A stretch of DNA of 63,854 nt, the filler included, from Reticulomyxa filosa (Eukaryota; Protista; Foraminifera): NCBI GenBank assembly GCA_000512085.1. It is 21 parts of 21 records of this genome, joined end to end, with 100 filler letters (N's around TTAATTAATTAA, not from the genome) between each part and the next. Parts side by side here need not be neighbours in the genome. Positions count along the whole stretch, not along the records: positions 54,583 to 56,199 come from ASPP01020707.1; positions 56,300 to 62,731 come from ASPP01004632.1; positions 62,832 to 63,854 come from ASPP01027851.1; 18 more parts are not named here. One strand, given 5' to 3'. Shown here in pieces: positions 54,622 to 63,854 of this stretch. The position numbers and the translations under genes are program-made. Numbering within the stretch: the first letter of the stretch is position 1; each line of letters starts with the position of its first letter. The notes beneath the pieces were generated by a model. That model did not search any database and had not been told where the DNA came from. It worked only from the letters and a program-made list of their open reading frames with translations.

Positions 54622-56158
54622 ATGATTACTGTGAATAATATGAGTATTATAACTACCACCAATGTCAGTGCTATGAATATACTTTTCAAACAGAAATGGC
54701 TTGGCGTTCGCATTGAGTCCTTGTGCGCTGGCGAGATTAGGGCTTTTCAAGATTGCTCCTCCAATGGCCGCTTCGACAGATGTTGTTTGCACGGCAGAGG
54801 ATGGCAATGACGTCTGCTTGTTTTCCATCGACTTGTCCCATTGATTTTGCTTCACTTTTCGCGTGCGCTTTCTTTTCTTATGGTTGCGACTTGGCTTCGC
54901 GTGGTTGTCATTGGCCCGATCACTGCTGTCCTTCGCGCGCGTATGCGCATTACTACCGCCGGATAGCACTCGCGTCTGCTCTTTGTCTGGCGTGTTGACT
55001 TGTTTTCCATCAACACTTTGATCGCTCTTCCAAGGGATCGCCGTCCCCTCTTTTTTAGGTGACCTTTGCTTTCCGCGGTCATTGCTTTGCGTTTGTTTTT
55101 GTTTTTGCTTGGATTTGCCTTTGTCTTTTTTGATATTTTTTGACGTTTTCTTTGTTTCATTTTTTTTTTCTTGTGTTTGCCCTTGCCATTGTTTTGAACA
55201 ATTTCAGTATGTGTTGCACGGCGATCTCTTTCACGAGTCTCTGCCAAAGATATTCGTTCCAGTTCTTCTTTTCGTAGCCTAAGTGCCTAGATTTCCGCAT
55301 TATTTGCATATTACAATAAATAAAATAATAAAAAAAAAAATGGTAATATTTATACATATATAAATATATACATATATGTACATATATGTATATATATATA
55401 TATATATTTATTTATATATATATGTATATATGTACATATAACTTGTTCGTAAGCATCCTCTTCGGCTTGCTTAAGCATGTCGTCGTGCAGCATTTGCTCT
55501 TGAAGTCGACGTTGTTCTTCGAGCTGTTTGGCTTTTTTCTCTTGCTTCAATTTGTGCTTGCGCGCTTTTTGCAGTTGCTGCTGCTTTTGTCGTTTTTCTT
55601 TTTCCATTTGTTGTTGGAGCTGCTTTTCTTTTTGCTTCTGTTGTTTTTGCAACTCCAAGATTTCAATGTTCGAATATACTGTTGGATGTCCTTGTCCTTG
55701 TGCTTGCCTTTTTGTGTCATTTTCTATTTTATGTCGGTGTTTTGTTTGATTTCAATCTTTTGCACTTGTCTTACATATATACATACATACATACATACAT
55801 ACATTATATGTTATGTATGTCTCTCATAGTAAACAAATAACCAAACTATTTGAAGCAACGGCGGTAGCGCAATGAACAACATTGGACCAAGGGCTATTTC
55901 CAAGCAAGCAAGTGCATCTACCACGAAAGGAATACGTAAGTCCGGACAACAAGTTTGGGACTGTGTATTCGTGGCCTGGGCCTTGATACACGACCGTCCA
56001 TGGAATATTGATCTTCAGTTGCTTTTGGCAAGTGCGCATTTCAATTATATACTCGTCGATGTCGCCGTGTCCATTCCACACTTCGTCCTTCCACTTTAGT
56101 CTCAATGTATTTTCTCCTTTTCGTATTACACTTATCTTCAGTCGAGGAATTGCAAATC

Positions 56159-56161
<3 letters not shown>
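54583..56161 (-). CDS. Fibronectin type III + coiled-coil + PAM2-like motif protein (internal fragment)
   Basis: LRLKW...YIIEM...VYQG...YTVPNLLSGLTYSFR...GNSPWS; K/Q-rich helix; LNANAKPF. Confidence 0.75.
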
Positions 56162-56197
<36 letters not shown>

Positions 56198-56399
56198 CAN
56201 NNNNNNNNNNNNNNNNNNNNNNNNNNNNNNNNNNNNNNNNNNNTTAATTAATTAANNNNNNNNNNNNNNNNNNNNNNNNNNNNNNNNNNNNNNNNNNNNT
56301 AAATTTAAAAAATAAAAAAAAAAAAAAAAAAATGAATGATTTTATATCAATCGAAAATATCAAATCATAGAAACACCAAACAAGTCTCACAATGGCAAC

Positions 56400-57062
56400 A
56401 AACTCAACGCACTGCCAATAAAAGTTTGTAGCGTGGTATTCTTTGCACCGGCGTAATTAACAAGTTCTCAATTTTTTGAGCCCAATAATTTTTACCCTTT
56501 TTTTTTTTTAAAAAAAAAAAAAAAGGGGAGTGTTAAAAAGTGAAAAACTGAACTTTTTATTTATTTAAAAAAAAAAAAAACAAAACTGGCAAAGTCTTTT
56601 TGAGTTCTGGGTATTGGTGTGACAATTTTTTCATTTCTTCTGCAATCCAATTGTATCGCAAGACATAGTACGTATATACTCGAAAGGTTGGGACCTTTTG
56701 TTATTTGTCCCCCCCCCTTTTTAAAATAATATCAAAACGCAAATAAATAAACAAATAATTAAAAAAAAAACAAAAAACAAAACAAATTGTAAAAATAATT
56801 GGGGAATTTGTGAAGACGGCCAACAGTCCAACTCTCTTTCCAAGTTTTCAGATAATAAATAATGAATGCCGTTGATCATTAAAATTTCCAAAAAATATGC
56901 GTTTATTTTCTCCTCACTTAATACTTTACTTTCCAAAAGTTTGTTGATATATTCTCGTCTCAATTGATTCAATGATTTCAAATACCCACGCTCTGTTTGA
57001 GCCAATTCTTGAACTGTATAGAAAATTGCATTTTCTGCTTCATGTTCTGCTGAGCCAGCCAT
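56400..57062 (-). CDS. RhoGEF (Dbl-homology) domain protein, 5' part
   Basis: ELAQTERGYL, FRVYTYYV, LLITPVQRIPRYKLLL across three exons. Confidence 0.9.
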
Positions 57063-57960
57063 GCTTACGCCAAAGTGTTGGCTCAAGAGTTAATTTAATT
57101 ATTTATATTCAATTTTCCCCCTTTTTTAAAACAATATGTTTTGATTCACACTGTCCAAACTACATAGAGTTAGTTTGAAATAATCGTTAGTGCTGTCACA
57201 TTAAAAACAGGTTATCTCAAAAAAGATACCACAAATTTGCAGGTCTTTTTAGTTTAAAAAAACGCAATCAAAACACTAAAATCCTTGACCATTCAGTCAA
57301 TATCTTTTCTTTTTTTCTCGAAAATGATAACCCATACATTTGACGAATAAATGATATGTTTTCATCTTTTTCACATTGTCAAACTTTACATGTGCTTTAA
57401 CAAGAAGAAAGATTTCAAGCAGGCGAATATTTCAATATGGTGTCTACTGTTCAAACGGAAATAGTAAAAAAAGTAACATGGATTAAGATACCATTTTTAA
57501 GTTTTGTCATAATCAACATAAAATTTAAAACGTATATCTTTTAAAAAATTTTGATGGAAAAAACGTAAAAAGAACAATTTGTCGAAAATGGAGTAGCTTC
57601 AGTTTTTTTGACTATGTATGTTTTGATAAAAACCAGATTTTGCGATTGATCTCACAAGAAAATCAAAAAGTGTTGAAAGGATATAATCTATTTGAACAAA
57701 GAAATATTAATTAAAAATAATGCATTCTTTTCTGTGTTATAAGCATAGTAGGTACTTCAACAACACGATTGAATAAAGATGACTATAAATTCGACTATTA
57801 ACGTTATTTTAAATTATGACGAGCACATATGTTATCTTCTATCATTTTAACCGATCTCAAATTTTCGTGTCCAAGCAAAGAAAGGAGAAAGTGTTAAACC
57901 AGGTTTTTTGTTTGTTCAAAAGTTTGTTGCAATTTCCTTTTTAAAAAAGAATCAGGACAC

Positions 57961-59634
57961 ATGGCAGAAATAGATGAATCCAAAAATGACAATCGAAAGA
58001 CAGTTGTTACGCACAATGGAATGTTAGTAGTGCTTTTGTTTCTGGAACTGCATGACAACACTTCAAAAAACAAACAACAAACAAATAAACAACAAATAAA
58101 CAAATAAAGCTTCCATTGTGACGAGGTAATGGCAGTTTACATGCTAACCCATCATACAGAAGAGTTTGCATTTGCAAGTTTGGTATAGTTTTTCTATATT
58201 AATAATAAAGAACCAGAAAAAATTGAAGGTAAAGTCGGAGTGAATGGGATGCAACAAAAATAATAGAGATAATCCGCAGCAGAAAAAAAGAAGATTGGTC
58301 AAAAGGAGATGTGTTGCTAGATGTTGGAGGAGAATTTGATCTAAAAAAAAGACACTTTGACCATCATCAAACTGGATTTAACCAAACATTTTCGGATAAA
58401 CACACTACCAGATTATCAACTGCAGGCCTTGTTTTCAAGTAAGTTCACGAGATTTTCAAAAAATATATATGTATATATCTTTGTCACAAAAAAAAATGCA
58501 AACAATTACAAAAAATACAGATATTATGGCAAAGAAGTAATTCGGAACGTATTGGAAAATATTTCTAAAGAAAGGTCTTATTCAAAAACATGGACAGATG
58601 AGCAAATTGATCAAATTTATCATTATGTATATACAGTTGAGTGATTTCCTCTATTTTTTTTTTTTTTTTTTTTGGAGACAATGTATCTTTAGTTTAAAAA
58701 GAGGCCGTGTTAGAGTTCTCACGAACTTCGGATTACAATTTTTTTTTTTATACGTTGTAGAAGTGTGAAAGGTAAAAAGAAAATCCAATGTTTTGTTTCT
58801 CTTTTGAAAAGGAATTGATAGAGAGTATCGATGCGATGGATAATGGTATTAGTCAATACGAAACAATAGAAGTTCCAAAATACCGTGTAAGCACACACTT
58901 GGGTTGTCGAGTTGCAAGGCTAAATTCTGATTGGAATGAAAGTGCAGATGCTAATTCATCATCATTATTAAGTACATTGGAAATGGAGAGATTTAAAAAA
59001 GCAATGGCATTGTGTGGTAATGAATTAACTTACTTTATTCAACATGGCGCCTTTTCTTTTTTGCCTGCTCGGGAATTGGTGACAGGTGCTGTTTTAAATA
59101 GAATGCAGACCCACTCTTCTGGACAGATTATTGAGCTCTCGAAATTTTGTCCATGGACTGACCATTTGTATGATATTGAACAGCAGCTACAATCATTTCT
59201 TTATCTAAAAGAGACGAAACAACATCGACTCAAACTAACGCAAAGCCGACCCAAACGAATGTAAAGCCAATTTTATTTGCAATTATTGCGACAAACAATA
59301 ATGAATAGTTAACAAATATATTCACCCTGAAATATATACGTATATATGTTCATCCATATACACGTATATATGTATATGGATAAATATTTATTTGTTTGTT
59401 TGTTTTTTAATGGATAGCTGTGTTCGTGCGGTTCCAATAAGCTCAAGTTCCTTCCATTTACGACAGCAATTGAAAGCAGAATGGTGTGGGGTTGCAGATT
59501 CTGAAATTGAACGTGTGAGTGGAATCTCTGGACTTAAATTTGTTCATCCAAATGGATTTATTGCTGGGGCCAAAACCAAGGAGGCTGCAATTGCTCTGGC
59601 TGTTCATAGTCTACGTTCATCTCACTCCATTTAA
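57961..59634 (+). CDS. MYG1: MYG1 exonuclease (UPF0160), six exons, one frameshift
   Basis: THNG.FHCDE, DVGGEFD...FDHHQ, LSTAGLVF, IDAMDNG, CPW.DHL, VRAVP, FVHPNGFI. Confidence 0.95.
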
Positions 59635-60142
59635 TTTTTGATATTGTGTTTACGTCTTTTTTTTCATGTTTACTTGTGATCACCGAAATTATGTCATAAT
59701 TGGACTAATTTGTGGAGGATTTTATTCATTGCAATACGGTTTCTGGAACCATTTTTCAAATTTTTGTTTGTTTATATTTCTGAAAAACACATATCACTAT
59801 CTGAAGTTTTTCTTTTTGTTTGATTCAAAATTATTTTTTTCTGGAGTTTTCTTATGTTTTTTTTATCTATTCCTTTTGAAGATGGACAATTTGAACAAAC
59901 TGACAATTAAATGATATTCATTCTAGAAACTCACTGATAAAAGGATTCACAAAGAACAAAAAAAGATTTCTTTCAATACTTATTATGCAATATTAATAAT
60001 GAAAAAATGTATTAATGAACTTTTGTTCAACACTTTAAATATTATCGTAACAAATGAAAGTGGTGACAGTTATTTCATTTACATCATCTCAATTCACGCA
60101 CACGTAATGTACTTAATCTTATTGCTGTTTGTGTCATGTCTG

Positions 60143-61313
60143 TCATCCCCATACTCGGATACTGTTATCAAATGAACATGACACAATTGTATTTCCATCA
60201 CGTGAAATATCAAGCCCTATCACCCAATCTGAATGTCCTTGTAATTCTTGTATTTCAATTCCTGATTTCACATCCCACAAACGAATTGAATTATCTCTTG
60301 AACAAGATGCGATAGTATAACCATCCAAAAAATAACAAACGTCTCTTACAACATCGGTATGTCCTTTCAATTTTTTCAATTCATTTCCTGATTTTACATC
60401 CCATATTCGGATTGTTGTATCTTCTGAACCTGAAACAATAAATTGACCATCTGGAGAAAATTTTGCAACACGTACCGAACTGTGATGTCCTTTTAACTCT
60501 TTCAATCTTTCACCTGATTCTACATCCCATATAGCTATTGTGCTATCCTCAGATGATGATAAAACCATTTTACCATCTGGTGAAAATTGTACACTTTGTA
60601 TTGAATTTGAATGACCTTCCAATCTTTTGATTACTTTTTTAGAATTAACAGACCAAATTTGTATTTTATTTCCTGAACATGACAAAATATTTTTGCAATC
60701 TGGAGAAAAGCATGTACTCCATATTGAATTTAAATTTTCTTCTAACTTCATTATTTCTTTTCCTAATTTTACATCCCATAATCGAATTGTTGTATCACCC
60801 GAGCACGATAATATCATATCTCCATATGATGAGAATTCTGCGGCATAAACTTGCTCAAGATGCCCATTGAATATTTGGAGTTGTTTTTCTGAAACAATAT
60901 CCCATATTCTAATTGTTGCGTCATCTGAGGCTGAAACAATTTTGCGGCTATCAATGGGAGAAAATTTTACTGTCCTTATTAAATTATTATGTCCTGTTAA
61001 AGATTTCAATAATTGAAAATATTTGGCCTGTATTTGCATGTTTGAATATAGTCGTTGGTTATTAATTTACAATACACATTTTTTTCTAAATAACTTAACA
61101 TATTTGGCAACTATTTTGTTGAAATCATAAATCCATCCTAATTTAATGTCGCAATATCGCAGCCAATTTTCAATTATTACTGTTACTTCTTTTTCTGACT
61201 TTGTATTTTTTGTAATCGAGCAGTATAACAAAAACACATTTCAATCATATCATCAAGAGTTTTCTTACCAAGTGTGGGACTGTCTTTTTTTTCCCATTGG
61301 TTGTAATATCCAT
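60143..61313 (-). CDS. Intact seven-bladed WD40 protein with N-terminal IKLGW module, three exons
   Basis: Exon 2 is SEKEVTVIIENWLRYCDIKLGWIYDFNKIVAKY; exon 3 has seven regular WD40 repeats. Confidence 0.95.
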
Positions 61314-61734
61314 TCTTAAGTGACAACAACAGCATAAACCTTTTTTTTACTGTTGTTAAAGTTCATAAAATTGTGTAATATTAAAAAATCAATTTGTTTT
61401 TTTTTTCAACAATTATCTTTATTTTCCTGTTTTTTAACTTTTTGAATGCTGTAAAACAAATTACATCATCAAACCTTTGGAAAGTATATGGAAATGCTTT
61501 GCTTCTTTCGATATTTTAAAATTTCTTAAAAAAAGATGCACAATTCAGGTGACACAAATGCTAAATGGAAGCCAATTTAATAATATTTTAAAGAGAATTC
61601 AAGTCTTAAATATCTGTAATAATTTTTTGTTTTTGTTTTTTTTAAGTTAAGACGTAAGCCAGGGTCTGTTGTTTGGAAATCGTACATTTGAGCATTATTA
61701 TTAAGAAATTTCGTATAAAAAAAAACAAAACATA

Positions 61735-62731
61735 ATGGAATCCATAGATGAAAAGGGAGAATCGATAGACTCATATACACTCTCAACAATGGAATCTGAT
61801 TCACGTCCTTGGTTGGAATTTCCTTGTTTACAGCAATGGGACGGTTGGGCAGTGATAAATGTGAACAACAAAGTGCCAGCAACGCGTGTGATGTTGATGT
61901 GTCTAACGATGGGTTTGCTGTTGAGTTTGAATAAGAGTATGTTCCAAACACTGACAGCGACAGTGTTAACAGTATTTGTGGAAACCAAAGTGTTGAAGAT
62001 GTTATCCTCGCTGTTTATGTGTCACGGAGTGTTATGGGGTATTTCATACGTGGTCACATGTGGATATATGGGAGCGTCAATCGAGCTGCGTCGCGGCACC
62101 TCCTATTTGGCCGGTTTTGTATTGTTTGTGGGTTTTTGCGGACAGATTGTGACATTGGTTATCTTTGTGTTATACTATTACTTTTCATTTGACTCGTATT
62201 ATTTGGAGACGCCACTGTGTGGTTTCGGTGCAGTTATGAGTGGACTTTGCGTGGCCTTAGTGGCCGACAGTGATTGGAGAAAGCAACAATTGATCCACAT
62301 TCGAATAATAAGAAATAATAATAATAATAATAATAATCAACAATGGTCATTGATTTGTCAATATTTACCATTTTTAATTGTGTGTACTCATTTAATATTT
62401 TTATCATTTGGTCTCGAAATGGTTGAAAATGCTTGTTTGGGCATTTGCGGAGTTTATTGCGCTTGGTTCTATTTGCGCTTTTTTGCGCTGTCCGAAAATG
62501 GCGAAAAGGGCAATGGCGATGATGCCTTTGCCTTGCACATGCTCTGTCCTCCCTTGCTGCGCTTCCCCGTCCTTTTAATTGCCAAGTGCACCTTCGCCAT
62601 CGCCGAACAGCTCGGCTGTTGTCAGACTCATGACACTCCAAAACCGAGACCGCACGTTGGAGAGTTTATGCACGTTCGCGTGGACGCCACTCATCCCAAT
62701 ATCAATGGCAATGTCAATGTCAATGTCAATG
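61735..62731 (+). CDS. TMEM115: TMEM115 (DUF1751, rhomboid-like) Golgi membrane protein
   Basis: Multiple TM helices, GFGAVMSG, and AWFYLRFF...KGNGDDAFAL..LCP. Confidence 0.75.
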
Positions 62732-62831
62732 NNNNNNNNNNNNNNNNNNNNNNNNNNNNNNNNNNNNNNNNNNNNTTAATTAATTAANNNNNNNNNNNNN
62801 NNNNNNNNNNNNNNNNNNNNNNNNNNNNNNN

Positions 62832-63720
62832 AGATACAGATGCATCTATTTGTGATGAATTGGCCTCGACAGTGGTGGTAAGTGGAACTGCATGTTGAGA
62901 CGACGGTATTTCATTTTTCATAAACTGAAGCAAAAGGGAAAAGCCGTGGATGTCTCCAAAGTGGTTAACAGTTTGGAAATACAAGTGATGGAGTTTTTCA
63001 AAGTGGTAGTCGCTGTTGATGGCCCAATGTCCGCTGGTGGCCCGAATAAGGCGTTCCTTTTCCGAAGGGGGCAGTCGCGAGTAAAAAGAAAAGTTGGGTT
63101 TGTACAATTTGTTGGCAGGGTTATATATAGCACCCAACACTTCACAATATTTGGGGAATCGATCCATGCCCACTTGGAACATGGATTCGACCGCAAATTG
63201 TAAGAAAGTGATGATTTGTTGGACCAAGATTTCCCTCAATTCGATTGGCGAGGAATGGATGAAAGACATCGTTTCCATGCTTTTCTCTTCCATTATATCT
63301 TCCGATAGAAACTCATTCATGTCTTCGTCCTCGTCTGGATTGGTCCTCACCGCCTGTTGTGACAACATCAGTCGCTGATAATTCGCTATGTCGTTGTAAT
63401 CGCATCGTGAAAAGTCAAATGACAACAATGTGATTATGGCCTTTGGCAACAACTCTTCCAACAAATAGACGCATTGTTTCTTGTCTATTTCACTGTCTCT
63501 CCACATTTTTGCTATTGCTTCCTCATTCGTCATTTTTTTCAATGTGTCTTCTTTCACCTCTACTTTTGTTGTCTCTTCATCATCGTCATCTTCTTCTTCT
63601 TCTTCATCGCCATCTTCTTCTTCCTCCTCCTCCTCTATTTCTTGCTTCTCTGTCCCATTCTTTGTCGTCGCTTCCGCTTCATTTTGCAAACTTTGCTCGC
63701 GCAGATACAATGCCTACATG
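62832..63720 (-). CDS. USP9/USP24/FAF-like deubiquitinase, N-terminal region (fragment)
   Basis: LLEELLPKAIITLL, VLGAIYNPANKLY and VNHFGDIHGFSLL resemble the USP9X-family N-terminal motifs; the catalytic domain is not in the window. Confidence 0.6.
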
Positions 63721-63756
63721 TTGTTTAATAAAAGGTATGTCACATACCAATCATTT

Positions 63757-63787
<31 letters not shown>

Positions 63788-63807
63788 CAACGTTTCCTCC
63801 AAGAACG

Positions 63808-63841
<34 letters not shown>

Positions 63842-63854
63842 CCCTTTTTTTTTT

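Overview
This window is not one chromosomal locus. It is 21 short contigs joined by 20 identical 100-bp spacers (44 N + TTAATTAATTAA + 44 N), so adjacency across a spacer has no biological meaning. Twenty contigs are very AT-rich, intron-containing eukaryotic DNA with poly-A/T runs and (AAT)n, (CA)n and (TA)n repeats. The expanded WD40 and Kelch families, the many pseudogenes and the poly-Asn proteins strongly recall the foraminiferan Reticulomyxa filosa; this is recognition from memory, not a database result. One contig (29944-31219) is a GC-rich bacterial dnaE fragment. Recognisable genes: G-alpha, Asp/Asn beta-hydroxylase, AprA/PqaA-like, divergent EF1A/HBS1-like GTPase, DnaJ-thioredoxin, NUBP1, CD36, SLC12, APC2, SmF, Rab6, eIF2-beta-like, IBTK-like, RhoGEF, MYG1, TMEM115 and USP9/24-like. 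There are also relics of a Penelope-like reverse transcriptase and a PIF1/Helitron helicase. The two most interesting signals are (1) a ~33-aa 'IKLGWIxDFxK' module on its own phase-0 exon, present five times and fused N-terminally to WD40 or C-terminally to Kelch propellers like an F-box/SOCS-type adaptor tag, and (2) introns with a U-rich 5' end, an A-rich (not pyrimidine-rich) 3' end and frequent GTT donors. Most single-base frameshifts lie in homopolymers and look like sequencing errors.
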